Below, one piece after another: positions 42,276 to 53,654 of a stretch of 64,000 nt of DNA. Numbering within the stretch: position 1 is the first letter of the stretch; each line of letters starts with the position of its first letter. The stretch comes from Candidatus Latescibacterota bacterium. GTDB lineage: Bacteria; Latescibacterota; UBA2968. The position numbers and the translations under genes are program-made. The stretch spans positions 4,032,001-4,096,000 of the forward strand of contig OZ240241.1 in NCBI GenBank assembly GCA_965198115.1, given 5' to 3'. The notes beneath the pieces were generated by a model, which saw nothing but the letters and a program-made list of their open reading frames with translations, made no database searches and was not told the DNA's origin.

Positions 42276-44247
42276 TCAGTTGCGGACCGGCCTTGCGTTG
42301 AAAGCCTGCTCGGTGAGGTCCGACGTTTGATTTTCGATCTCGACCTGTGGGAGAGCGATGGTGACCCTCGTCCCCTCGTTCTCCGAGGAGTGGACGTCCA
42401 TCGTCCCGCCGAAGTCCTCGACGATCGTCCTGGAGATCGACAGTCCGAGGCCAGTCCCTTTGTCGGGGTCCTTGGTCGTGAAGAAGGGATCCCAGATCTT
42501 CACGAGAATCTCCGGCGGGATGCCGCAACCGTTATCGGCAACCTCGATACCGACCTCCGGACCCGCGTCACCGGAATTGATGTAGGTGCGCACGGAGATG
42601 CAGGGCGACCGACCGTTACGGCTACCCTCGAAGGCATCGTGTGCGTTGTTCATCAGGTTGATGAGAACTTCCTCGAGGGAATATGGGTTGGCAAGAACAG
42701 GGGGCAGGTTCTCTGCCAGGTCGGCCTCGAGCGCCACGTCGTGGGACCTGAATTGGGCCTGGAGCAGGTCCATCCCCGAAGAGACAACTTCGTTCACGAA
42801 AACCGGCGAAACGTCGGGCTTGCCTGCTTCCCGGGCGAACATACGGATGTGGTCGATGATGTGGACCATGCGGTCTGCCTGTTCGACGATGCCGGAAAGA
42901 CGATCCTTCATCTTGTCGTTCGTCACACTCCATCCACGATCGAGTGAAATAAGCAGGTGCTCGGCCAATCCCCTTACCCACGAGCGGCTGGTTGAGCTCG
43001 TGGGCAATACCGGCGGCCATTTCTCCGAGAGATCGCAGTCGGTCAGACCGCATGGCAAGTGCCTGCTGTGCTTCAAGCTCACTTTCCACTTTCCGACGGA
43101 CCTCCTCGGTACGGGCGTGTTCCTGGATTTCCAGCCTCAGTTCCTTGGTCCGGTCAGCGACGCGATCTTCCAACGTTCGATTGGCGTCCTCGAGATCTCT
43201 GTAAACGGATTGCAGATTCTCCGCCATCAGATTGTAGGATACGGCCAGACTACCTATTTCATCCTCAGTTCGGACCGTGACCCTGCCATCCAGATTCCCG
43301 GAGCCGAGTTGCTCCGCGGCATCCCTCAACTCGAGGATGGGCCGGCTCACTTTCGCCGAAACCCACATGCCAAACACAAGCGTCAGGATCACAGCCAGGA
43401 AGCCCGACATCAGGACCGACGTTCTGACGACGGCAACCGCGCTTTCGGCTTCGTCGGCGTCTTGGAAGAAGACTGTGAGTCCCGCGTCGGAAAACGGAGT
43501 CGCCTTTGCATAGCAATCGACCCCGCCGAGGGTGACACGCACGGGCGCCGTCTCATCGGTATTCGCGTCATCGAACAGATCCAGCAGCACGTCTACGTCC
43601 CCGTCGGACAGGACCAGGTCAGGTCGGTCTGAAGCAGTCCCGATCACGTGCCCCTGATAGAGGATCAGAATGTCCTTGTCGGTCGTTTCCCTGACCCGTT
43701 TTGCATAGGCGTCATTCAGTTGTTGGCCAAGGCAGAGGTATCCTAGAATCTGATTCGCAATGATGACCGGCGCGACCGCGACGCTGTAATGCCCATCTTC
43801 GTAGGCCCAGATGTCGGCGGACGTCTGACCGGACTGATTGACTATCATGGCGGAAGAGCCGAAATCTTCGCCGATGCGACGCGGCCTATCGGCGTCTGCG
43901 AGTAGCGACTCGCCGGCGTCCAACACCAGCATCAGATCGACGTCGCTTGCTGCGTGTAGTTCTCTAGCCGTGTAAAGAACCGTGTCGTGGTCAACATCCG
44001 GGATGCTCAAGACCGCCTTTAAGTAGGGTGTCTGTGCAACCGACCGAGCTTTGGACGTGAGAAGATCGGTTTGGAGGTGGCTGAGTTGAGTGTAGGCCTT
44101 CTCCGCTGTCCCCAGGTTGCGGGCAAGCTCCTCCTGCCCCATTCTCTCCATCAGTCCACCCGTCAAGAAGATCGAGAGCAGAATGAAGCTCAGCGAGACA
44201 CTGACCATGCCCAGAAAGAGCCTCGACCTGATACTCAAGCGCCTCAC
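42276..44247 (-). pseudogene. Sensor histidine kinase HK1 (TM, periplasmic sensor, TM, HAMP, HisKA, HATPase) with a frameshift near 42975
   Basis: H-box GIAHELNQP is in one frame; the N, G1, F and G2 boxes (NLMNNA, DNGCGI, DPFFTTK, GTGLGL) are in another. Confidence 0.88.
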
Positions 44248-45259
44248 TCAATATTTCCCCGAATAGGGTTGTCCGAATTTATTCGTATGCGCAATCAGCT
44301 TCTTGTCCTCGAGAATCGTAAACGTCTGGAATGTGGTGGATCGATTCGAGACGGATAGACGCTTGCGCTGTTCTTTCCCGTACTCGTGCCAGGTTCGGAG
44401 CACATATTCTCCATCCGGCACGTCGGATATGACGAAGAGACCTCTTCGGTCTGTCAGCGCGAAATACGGATTGTCCAGGACGATGATGTTCGCAGTCATT
44501 TGTCCGTGCATGTTGCAGTAGACCTTGACCCAACCGGGTGTTGAGAACGTGACCGATTTCGATTTTCCCGGGCGGTAAATGTCGAGGTCGAAAGGTTTGG
44601 ACTTTGAAAGAGAGAAGACATTGTGAAAGATCGTGTCATCATTCGGAAAATCGACGGTCGTGCCTCTCGTGACCGGAAGAACCCTGGGGGAGAATTTGCG
44701 GCCTTCCTGTGATATCGAGGGCTGGATCACTGGCCTCGGCCATTCGGTTCCAGTCTTCACGCGATCCAAAAAGACGACCACATTCGATCGGTCCTCCCGC
44801 TCCCCACCATCCATCTCCAGAATCTTGACCTCCTCCGGCGATAACGTTCGCCCTGCCCGGGTAGCGACCCGCTCTGTCGGTTGCGTTTCTGAACTTCACG
44901 TGGCAGGACACGCAGGTTCGACGCATTTCACCAACGATCTGGGACGCTCGCTGCTGCTGCTTTGCAGCCGCGGCCGTCAGATCGGAAAATCTTCGCTCCA
45001 GATCCCCAGCATAGCCTTTGAAGACATCGATCAAATCTTCGTTGATCTGCGGTGCAATGTTGGCCAATGAATCGACCGTCCCTTTCATCCGCGTGGTCGA
45101 ATCCAGCAACGTGTCGAAGTCACCTTCGTCAAGCGCCTTCTCAACCAGCCTCAGATCACCAGCGAGTGATGCCATCGCGTGTTTGCTTGGGCCAGGATTC
45201 ATCTCATAGCCTTGGGCGGCCACGAGGCAGCAGAGCATCAGTTGGATCAGTACGGTCAT
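44248..45259 (-). CDS. Exported cytochrome c'-like domain fused to a cupredoxin-like domain (frameshift near 44833)
   Basis: Signal peptide and a helical domain ending CVSCH; removing one G gives NVIAGEVKILEMDGG..., then FHNVFS...VYCNMHGQM. Confidence 0.75.
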
Positions 45260-45270
45260 TGCGTTCGGTC

Positions 45271-46602
45271 CTAAAAGGAAACCACGACTTCAAGGGCACT
45301 GAAATTTCTGTCGTCATCACCTGGCCGCAGAGGAGAGGCGTCAATGACCTCATAGCGATCGAGACCCACTTCCAGCTTTATGGCTACTCGCGGATTCGCT
45401 CGCCACCCGGCACCGACCGAGAATCTTTGGAGTCGCTTTGCGTCGTAGCCGAAGGCCTGATTGCCACCTGCCAGGAACTCGCCACCAAAGTGGTAGCCTG
45501 CGTTCGAATCATAGGTTCCGATCTCACTGTAACGGGCGACGACCCACAGATCGTGCCTAACGAAGAAGCGAGGCTGAACCATGAACCACGTGAGGTCCCT
45601 GTCGAAAGAACGGTCCTCGTCGTTGACGAACGCTCGTCCATAGGAGAATTCGAAGTCCAGCTTTCTGGATGCCTTGACCTTCGCGTAGCCCTCATAGAGA
45701 AGCGCGTCCACCATCTTGCTGGGACTTTGCCCGAGGGCGGATTCGCCCCATACGCCCACCGGCTGGAAGAGGCTCCCACCGAGTATCAGAGCGCTTGCTG
45801 CCGTCGCTCCGTTCTTCATGACGCTTGCACTGAGATAGAGGGGCGTCCACGGTGTACCGTAGAGCTTGAAGCTGACCGCCTTCGCAGGGTCGTCTTCAAC
45901 GCTTCGAGCGATGGTACCATCCATCATGGACGCAACCCATCCGATCCCCCTCAGCTTGCCATACAAAACCAGACCTTCGTCCCATAGCCAGGGGTAGGCC
46001 GCGGAATTGGAGATCAACGGATTGTCAGGCGCATCCTGCCACAGGTATTCCTCGCCAAAGGGGATGTCCACACGACCCACCTTGACGCTCAGAAGATCAT
46101 CCCCCCACCTTCGCAGGACATTGCGAAAGTGCGCGTAGACTTCCCCCGTACTCACAGATTGGCTGTTGTCCCTCTGAAGTGCGTTGGTCTGGATTTCAAA
46201 GAAGAATGAAATGTCATCCCACGCATTCGCCTCGACGAACAGTGTCGTTTCTTTGATCACGAAACCCGGTTCGGGTCGAGTTCCATCGCTTCCAGAATCG
46301 GCCAGCCAAAACGCGCCGAATCCCGAAACGCTGAGGTTTTGATGCCAGGGCCGCGTAAAGACGGTCCCCGAAGACTCGGTCTCGGAAATCGAGGCAAGTT
46401 CCTCCCCTGACAGATCGACCGAGTCTTCTACCTCTACGGTGTCTCTGATCTCGAGGCGCTGTCTCAGCGCTTCGATCTGCAGCCTCAGTCGCTCCAGCTC
46501 CGCGAGTTCCTCCCGCGTGGTCGACTGTCCTTCAATGGTTTCTCCTGCAGACGCAACGACTGGACACAGAATCAGAATTGCGACGATAAGAGCCTTGCCC
46601 AT
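45271..46602 (-). CDS. Outer-membrane beta-barrel (porin-like) protein with an N-terminal coiled coil
   Basis: Signal peptide, ELERLRLQIEALRQRL, KVGRVDIPFG, amphipathic strands and a C-terminal Phe. Confidence 0.8.
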   Translation of the reverse strand: MGKALIVAILILCPVVASAGETIEGQSTTREELAELERLRLQIEALRQRLEIRDTVEVEDSVDLSGEELASISETESSGTVFTRPWHQNLSVSGFGAFWLADSGSDGTRPEPGFVIKETTLFVEANAWDDISFFFEIQTNALQRDNSQSVSTGEVYAHFRNVLRRWGDDLLSVKVGRVDIPFGEEYLWQDAPDNPLISNSAAYPWLWDEGLVLYGKLRGIGWVASMMDGTIARSVEDDPAKAVSFKLYGTPWTPLYLSASVMKNGATAASALILGGSLFQPVGVWGESALGQSPSKMVDALLYEGYAKVKASRKLDFEFSYGRAFVNDEDRSFDRDLTWFMVQPRFFVRHDLWVVARYSEIGTYDSNAGYHFGGEFLAGGNQAFGYDAKRLQRFSVGAGWRANPRVAIKLEVGLDRYEVIDASPLRPGDDDRNFSALEVVVSF

Positions 46603-46663
46603 TGGGTTTCCTTTCGTAATCCGGTCGGTGTGGCCTTCGCGTTGATACTCAGGTCACCAGACT

Positions 46664-46679
46664 CGCAAAACGTGTACCA
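46664..46679 (-). promoter_or_regulatory. Sigma-54 (-24/-12) promoter of the porin/cytochrome/HK1 operon
   Basis: TGGTAC-ACGTT-TTGCG, 62 nt upstream of the ATG. Confidence 0.7.
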
Positions 46680-46829
46680 ACCGTTGGGGACCGGACAAAC
46701 CGCGTAAAACGAGGCCATACGGGTGCACGGGCAACGTCGAAACACGCAACCTTAGCCAAAAGTGCTAGCACGTCTGGTGGACGATGCAGGATCGGATATC
46801 GAGCGTGGAGATTCTGAGAGAGAGGCGCC

Positions 46830-49800
46830 TTAGCCGGCGGCTTCCGACTGTAGGCTATGGGATCCAACGGCAGGAAGGGAAATCGTGACGGTGGTACCTC
46901 GACCATCTTCCGTGTCGATTTGGATGACACCGCCGAAATCCTCGATGATCGCTCTGGAGATCGATAGTCCAAGCCCGGTTCCTTTGTCAGGATCCTTAGT
47001 CGTGAAGAATGGATCCCAGATCTTCGAAAGAACATCGGGCGGGATGCCGCTGCCGTTGTCTTCGACTTCGATGCCGAGCGGGCGAGCTTCCCCGGCATTG
47101 AAGGACGTGCGAACCGAGATGCGGGGCTCCGCTCCATTACTGCTATTCACCACCGCGTCGCGCGCGTTGTTTATCAGGTTGATCAACACTTCCTCGAGGG
47201 AAAACGGATTGGCAAGCACAGGAGGCATGTCCTCAGCGAGATCGACCTTGAGGACGACATCCTGCGACCTGAGCTGCGCCCCCACCAGGCCGATCCCCGA
47301 GGAAACGACCTCATTTACGGTAACCGAAGACGAATCCGGTTTCCCAGCTTCACGAGCGAATCTACGGACGTGGTCGATAATGTGGACCATCCGGTCGGCC
47401 TGCTCGACGATGCGTCCAACGCGGTCCCTCAGCTTGTCATCCGAAACCTTCCATCCTCGGTCCAGAGAAATCAGAACGTGCTCGGCCAGGCCACGAACAC
47501 CCACCAGGGGCTGGTTCAGCTCGTGGGCGATGCCTGCCGCCATTTCTCCGAGAGACCGCAGACGGTCAGCCCGAAAGATCAGACTTCGTTGGGTTTCCAG
47601 TTCCGTCTCAGCGGCCCGTCGAGCTTCGATCTGGTTCTTCAACTTCTCGTTCGCATCATTGAGGTGCCGGGTCCGTAGCATCACGCGGTTCTCTAGGTCA
47701 CGCTTGGCGTGACGCAGCTGGAAATGCATCCTCGTGGTCCGTATACCCAGCCCGACGATGACAAGAAATGCGATCGAGCCGCCCACGATCAGGCTCTGTT
47801 TCGCTCGAGAAAATTCCAGATGTAGAACCGTCGTGGCCTCGTTCGACCATCTGAGGTCCCGATCGATGAACTGCACTTCGAAGACGTATTGCCCACTACT
47901 CAGATCCGCATATTCCACGCGGCGGCTCCTCGTGGTCGACCAGGCGTCATCGAGTCCAACCAGACGGTAGCGGAAAAGTAGATTTCGGGGGTTTGTCTTG
48001 AAACTGATCCCCTCGAATTGGAAGGTTACCAGTCCTCCCTCCGGCGCCAAGACCCGAGAGGCGTCGCGGTAATGTCGATCGGCGATCACGGATCGGATGG
48101 CCGCAGTGGATGTCGATCCAGGATTCGGCCGGAATCGTGTCAGCCCGCCGTGGGTCGTGATCCAGTAGGCGCCTTCGGCGTCCTGCACCAGGCCTTCGAC
48201 CACATTGCTCGCCAGCCCGTCTCGTTGTGTGAGGCTGGCAAAGGCTTCACCATTAAACCGAGTCAAGCCGTTCTCTGTCGCGAACCAGAGATGGCCCCCC
48301 CGATCCTCGTAGATCGATTCCACTTCGTCCACCACAAGGCCGTTTCGGGCGGTCCAGGTCTGAAACGTCTCCCCATCGAACCGACTCACACCTCCATCCG
48401 TGCCGACCCACAGGGCTCCGTCTCGACCTTCCAGCAACGACTCTACCTCATTGTCCGGTAACCCGTCCCGATCAGTAAAAATGCGCCACTCGGCTCCGTC
48501 AAAACGACAGAGACCTTCATCCGTTCCCGCCCAGAGGTTGCCTTTGCTGTCCCCCAGAAGGCATTCGACTTTGTCGTGCGGCAGGACGTTTCGAGAATCG
48601 AATGCGGTGAATCCTCGCCCGTTGAAACGAAACAGCCCCCGATCGAAGGTCCCGAACCAGACGTTCCCTGCGCGATCCTCGGCAATGGACTCGATCTCGG
48701 CACGCTTCAATGCGTCACTCGCTGGGAAGGGAAGAAACCGGCGGCCATCGAAAAAGAAAGGACCGCTTTTGGTACCAATCCAAATTCTGCCCTTGCTGTC
48801 CTCGAACACTGGCTCGACGCTGCTCGAGGGAAGATTCTCCGGAAGGTCATAAGTGACAAATGTGTTTCCATCGAACCGCGTGACGCCGGCGTTCGACGAA
48901 ATCCAGAAGTCCCCATTTCGATCTACAAAAATCTGGTCCAATTCATCCAGAGGAAGGCCGTCCTCAGTCGTGTAGGTCACGAATTCTTGCCCACGATATT
49001 GGCTTAGTCCATCCTGAGTCCCAACCCAGAGGGCGCCCTCCCTGTCGCGCTTCAGGGAAAGGACCCCTGCAACAGGGCCGCCAGGAACGCGGGTCGTATG
49101 TTCACCATCGAACCGAAACAGCCCATCGGCTGTTCCTACCCAGACGGTGCGTCCCTCGTCCTCGACAATCGAAGTTACACGAAGTCCGTCCAATTCCAGC
49201 GGAAGGACGGTCCACACTCCTTCCCCACCCACTTGCCATACGCGGTCGGAATCGGTTACCCAAACGCCACCGTCTCTCGCGAGTCCTACAATCGCAACCG
49301 GAGCGTTCGCTACTCCAAGCGTTAGGTTGAGATCTTCGAGACGACCGTCGCTCATTCGGTAGAGACCCAAGTCGGACCCGAACCAAACCGAGCCCGATCG
49401 ATCTTCGATGATCACGTTTACCGGGACGGACTCGAGTCCAGTAACGACCTTGAAAGTGATTCTTCCTGCTTGCTCCAATCGAGCAGCGCCTCGGGCCATC
49501 CCCACCCAAAGACGTCCGGACCGGTCCTTGTGGAGCGCGCGCACCTCCTCTGAAGGCAAACCGTGTTTGCCACTGAGGTTGGTAGAGCCGCCATCAACAC
49601 GTCTGAACACACCCGAATCGGTTCCAACCCACAACTCACCTGAACCTCCCGGCAGGATCGCTCTTACACTTGTGTCGGCGAGCCCATCTTCCCGCGATGA
49701 TGTAGCAAAGGATCGGCCGTCGAAACGCGTGAGGCTCCCACCAGCGGCGAGCCACAGGTACCCCGTGCTATCCTGTACGATCGAGGTCACAGAACCACTC

Positions 49801-49940
49801 GGAAGTCCGTCACCCCTACCGAAGTGTCGCCAATGACCGCCGAGCTTTCCGACACGGAATCCTGTCGCTTGTTTCGCAGCATCCGCAGCCCCTGCTACCA
49901 GAAAGACCGAGACAATCGCCAGAAACGCCAGAGACCGCAC
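46830..49940 (-). CDS. Sensor histidine kinase HK3 with beta-propeller (Reg_prop) repeats and a Y_Y_Y domain
   Basis: Repeated DxxGxLWxGT units, FRYRLVGLD...Y..L..G.Y.FEV, a TM and an intact HisKA/HATPase; the start is approximate. Confidence 0.9.
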   Translation of the reverse strand: MRSLAFLAIVSVFLVAGAADAAKQATGFRVGKLGGHWRHFGRGDGLPSGSVTSIVQDSTGYLWLAAGGSLTRFDGRSFATSSREDGLADTSVRAILPGGSGELWVGTDSGVFRRVDGGSTNLSGKHGLPSEEVRALHKDRSGRLWVGMARGAARLEQAGRITFKVVTGLESVPVNVIIEDRSGSVWFGSDLGLYRMSDGRLEDLNLTLGVANAPVAIVGLARDGGVWVTDSDRVWQVGGEGVWTVLPLELDGLRVTSIVEDEGRTVWVGTADGLFRFDGEHTTRVPGGPVAGVLSLKRDREGALWVGTQDGLSQYRGQEFVTYTTEDGLPLDELDQIFVDRNGDFWISSNAGVTRFDGNTFVTYDLPENLPSSSVEPVFEDSKGRIWIGTKSGPFFFDGRRFLPFPASDALKRAEIESIAEDRAGNVWFGTFDRGLFRFNGRGFTAFDSRNVLPHDKVECLLGDSKGNLWAGTDEGLCRFDGAEWRIFTDRDGLPDNEVESLLEGRDGALWVGTDGGVSRFDGETFQTWTARNGLVVDEVESIYEDRGGHLWFATENGLTRFNGEAFASLTQRDGLASNVVEGLVQDAEGAYWITTHGGLTRFRPNPGSTSTAAIRSVIADRHYRDASRVLAPEGGLVTFQFEGISFKTNPRNLLFRYRLVGLDDAWSTTRSRRVEYADLSSGQYVFEVQFIDRDLRWSNEATTVLHLEFSRAKQSLIVGGSIAFLVIVGLGIRTTRMHFQLRHAKRDLENRVMLRTRHLNDANEKLKNQIEARRAAETELETQRSLIFRADRLRSLGEMAAGIAHELNQPLVGVRGLAEHVLISLDRGWKVSDDKLRDRVGRIVEQADRMVHIIDHVRRFAREAGKPDSSSVTVNEVVSSGIGLVGAQLRSQDVVLKVDLAEDMPPVLANPFSLEEVLINLINNARDAVVNSSNGAEPRISVRTSFNAGEARPLGIEVEDNGSGIPPDVLSKIWDPFFTTKDPDKGTGLGLSISRAIIEDFGGVIQIDTEDGRGTTVTISLPAVGSHSLQSEAAG

Positions 49941-51005
49941 GACGGAAGGAACCGTTCCCAGCCAAGCTCTACCCGCTGGTCGGCAGAATGACGGCAACTG
50001 TCGTTCCCTTTCCCGGCTTGCTGTCGACTGTGAGGGTTCCGCCAAACTCTTCCACGATGCCCTTCCGAGATCGACAGCCCCAGACCCGTCCCCTTGTCGG
50101 GGGCCTTGGTGGTGAAGAAGGGATCCCAGATTCTGGTAAGAAGGTCATCGGGGATCCCGCAGCCGTTGTCCCCAACTTCGATTCCGACCTTGGGCTGCGC
50201 ACCCTCGGCCTCGAGGTAGGTGCGCAGGGAGATACGCGGAGCCGAACCGTTCTGGCTTCCTTCCACGGCGTCACGCGCGTTATTCATCAAGTTGATCAGG
50301 ACCTCTTCGAGCGAAAAAGGGTTGGCCAGAACATTGGGCAGCTCTTCCGCTAGGTTGGCTTCGAGCGCAACCCCGTGCGACTTCAACTGGGCACCCAGCA
50401 GATCGATGCCAGAGGAAACGACTTCGTTCAAGGAAACCGGACACAAATCGGGCTTTCCGGCCTCTCGGGCGAACATCCGGATGTGATCGATGATGTGAAC
50501 CATGCGATCAGCCTGTTCGACGATGCGCCGGACACGATCTCTGAGCTTGTCTTCCGAAACCTCCCACCCTCGATCGAGGGAAATCAGAACGTGTTCGGCC
50601 AGTCCGCGAACACCCACGAGGGGCTGGTTCAGTTCGTGAGCGATGCCCGCGGCCATCTCTCCCAGGGATCGCAGCCGGTCGGATCGGATGCTGAGCGCGC
50701 GTTGCGCTTCCAGCTCACGTTCCGCGTTCATTCGCGCTTCGTCCGCCTCGATGCGCTGCGTGATGTCCACGAGTGAACCCACGATTTCCGTCGGTCTGCC
50801 GTTCTGGTCCCTGACCAGATGGGCCTGATCGTGAACCCATCGATACGCACCCGATTTGTTTAGGATTCGGTAGGCGTGGGCGTGCTGGTTTTTCGTGAAG
50901 ATTCCCGGGAATTCACCCATCACCCGGGGCAGATCCTCCATGTGGATGTTGTCGATCCAAAACGTCTCGTCGGACAAGACTTCATCCGGCTGATACCCGA
51001 GCAAC

Positions 51006-52382
51006 GAGCTACAATCAATAGGTGTGGAAAAATAGAAAAGGCGACCCTACACTTCCCGTGAGATAACAATATCCACGAAATACCGGGTTCACAGGCCCGG
51101 TGGGAAGGAGGATCGCCGTGGGAAAACATAAGTCGAAGTCCCCCTCGTTGTCCATGCCGACGTGGGAAACCCTTGAGGGGTGGTTGCGTAAGGAAATCGA
51201 GGTTCGCATTCAGTCCATCGTTGAGGAGGAAGTGACCCAGTTCCTCGGACGCGGGTGGTATGAGCGCAAAGAAGCCGTAGATGCAGGATCCGGTTATCGC
51301 AACGGCTATGGGAAGCTGCGGCGATTGTCGACCTCTTGCGGCACGATCCAGATCAAGCGGCCCCGTGTTCGCGGTTTGGAGGAGCGCTTCGAGAGCAGGA
51401 TTCTGCCGTTGTTCGCTCGGCGCACGAGAGAGGTGGGGGAACTGCTCCCGGAGCTCTATCTCCACGGTCTGTCTCAGGGCGACTTCGAGTTGGCCCTGCG
51501 AGGGCTTCTCGGTGATGGGGCTCCGCTCTCCCCCTCGTCGATTGCTCGCCTCCGCGGTCAATGGGAGGTTGATTACCAGACCTGGCAGGAACGACGCCTG
51601 GACGATCGTGAGCTCGTGTATGCCTGGGCCGATGGGATCTACGTCAAAGCCGGACTTGAGAAAGATAAGGCGTGTCTGCTTGTCGTGATCGGCGCCATGA
51701 GTGACGGCCGCAAAGAGGTTCTGGGCCTGGTGCCTGGGTATCGCGAGTCGACCGAGTCCTGGCTGGCTGTCCTTAGAGACCTACGGGATCGCGGCTTGGA
51801 TCACCCCATTCTGATGGCGGCCGATGGCAATATGGGCATCTGGTCTGCCGTCGATCAGGTCTGGCCGCACACCCGTCAGCAGCGGTGCTGGAACCACAAG
51901 ATTCTCAACGTCCCGGACCAGATCCACAAACGTCAGCAGCCTCAAGCTCGTGCACTGCTCGTCCAGATTCCCTATGCCAGCACGCGTCAGGATGCGGAGA
52001 AGCTGCGCAAGCAGTTCGTCGCACGATATCGCAACGAGTTCCCGAAGGCGGTGGCAACACTCGAACGGGATTGGGATAGGATGCTCACCTTCTTCGATTT
52101 CCCAGAAGAACACTGGCGCCACCTGAGAACGACCAACATCGTCGAGAGCCCCTTTGCATCCGTGCGGTTACGAACCAACGCCGCCAAACGCTACAAGAAG
52201 GTCGTCTCGGCAAGCGCTCTCATCTGGCGAACACTGATGGTCGCCGAGAAACGCTTCCGGCGACTCAATGCACCCCATCTGTTACACGTTGTTTATGCAC
52301 AGCACAACCAAACTATGACCACAATCGACTCCGGGAAGAAGCTGGCCGCCTGATCTATTTACACACCTCTTGACTCGACCTC
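51006..52382 (+). mobile_element. IS256-family insertion sequence
   Basis: Imperfect IRs gagctacaatcaataggtgtgg... and ...acacacctcttgactcgacctc; 8-bp TSD cgagcaac at 50998-51005 and 52383-52390. Confidence 0.93.
51118..52353 (+). CDS. IS256 family transposase
   Basis: YRNGY, WADGIY, AADG, QQRCWNHK and LRTTNIVES motifs. Confidence 0.96.
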   Translation: MGKHKSKSPSLSMPTWETLEGWLRKEIEVRIQSIVEEEVTQFLGRGWYERKEAVDAGSGYRNGYGKLRRLSTSCGTIQIKRPRVRGLEERFESRILPLFARRTREVGELLPELYLHGLSQGDFELALRGLLGDGAPLSPSSIARLRGQWEVDYQTWQERRLDDRELVYAWADGIYVKAGLEKDKACLLVVIGAMSDGRKEVLGLVPGYRESTESWLAVLRDLRDRGLDHPILMAADGNMGIWSAVDQVWPHTRQQRCWNHKILNVPDQIHKRQQPQARALLVQIPYASTRQDAEKLRKQFVARYRNEFPKAVATLERDWDRMLTFFDFPEEHWRHLRTTNIVESPFASVRLRTNAAKRYKKVVSASALIWRTLMVAEKRFRRLNAPHLLHVVYAQHNQTMTTIDSGKKLAA

Positions 52383-53654
52383 CGAGCAACCCTTTGACAT
52401 TTTCGCTGACGAACGTAAACACCATTTGATCGTCCGGCCGACAGCTGTAGATGACGGCGGGGCTCGTGTCCAGCAGGTGCTGGAGCCTGCTTCGTGTGGA
52501 ACTCAACTGCTCCCGTACACGCTCTCGGTTCGCAAGTTCTCTTCTTCTCATCGAATAAAGGACGGCCAAGAATCCGACAAGCCCGAATCCAGGCAGGAAC
52601 ACGTAGCGAGCAAGTGCCCCCCACAACCGCCGGCTCTCCGCCCGATCCGTCGCCGGCCCTGTCCACCTCAGATCCCCGACCGCACTGCCAGAAGGTCCCG
52701 CAGTCAAGAACTTCGACGAACTCAAGAGGGAGAAATCTCCAGACTCTGCATCGAAATAGTGGGGGTCGGCGCTGAAACAGCAGTCCATGCTCGGACCGGT
52801 GTTGAAGTTCTTTCGGTTGTCATAGGTACAGATGGCCATCCTCTGGGCCTTAGGGTGGCTGAGCAACGCGTAGCTCCGGCAGCCCGTAAGAATGCTGCTG
52901 GAGATCAGAGCATCGGGAACGGCAAGAATGTCGACCCCGTCATAGGCGTTGTGTACGGTGATGTGAGAGATCCTGATTCGCACGGGAATTCGCACCCTGT
53001 CGACCTTGATCGCAGATTCGCCCAGATAGGAGAAGGTGCAATTCTGAATCTCGAGATACCGAACTTCATCTGGCCGCCTGAAGTCCACCGCCACCTGGCC
53101 AATGTTGTAGAAGAGCGTGTTGGTGATCACACAAGTGAGTGAGGTCCCACCCTCACCGGATACCCCTGCGACGACAAATCCGTCGATCTCACAATTGTCG
53201 ATGATGAGCTTCCGGGGTACGGCGGACACGCTACGGATAGCTCGTTGCGTGACGTTGGCCCCGGTCAGCCGGACACCACGAAGCAACAGGTCGCCGCGAG
53301 CGGAGAGATGGCTCTTCCCTTCGGTTCGCCAGACCGGGCGGTCCGACAGATCGGGATCGACGATCAGACTGAGAGCAACGTCCGGGCAAAACAACCTGAT
53401 CCGACTCGTGATAGATGCCGCTCGATACGATTACGAGCGTATCTCCGGCCGCCGCCAATCGGGCCGCCCGACTGATCGTATTGGTGCCTGACCGAATCGG
53501 GATAACCCGGGCGTGAGTGTCACGGCCCAGACAAGCGCGACCAAACACATCAGTGCTATTCCGGTCATTCTGCGCCGCTTTCCAAGTTGCACGTGCACAT
53601 CTTTCATCGTCGCTCCGCAGGTCACCAAGCCATGACGCATCTTGCGAAGTTCAC

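Larger units (their letters stand above)
49969..53568 (-). pseudogene. Sensor histidine kinase HK2 (beta-helix ectodomain, TM, PAS, HisKA, HATPase) interrupted by IS256 and three frameshifts
   Basis: Removing the IS restores VSENVKGLLGYQPDEVL in the PAS domain; shifts lie near 53515, 53385 and 50065. Confidence 0.85.
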
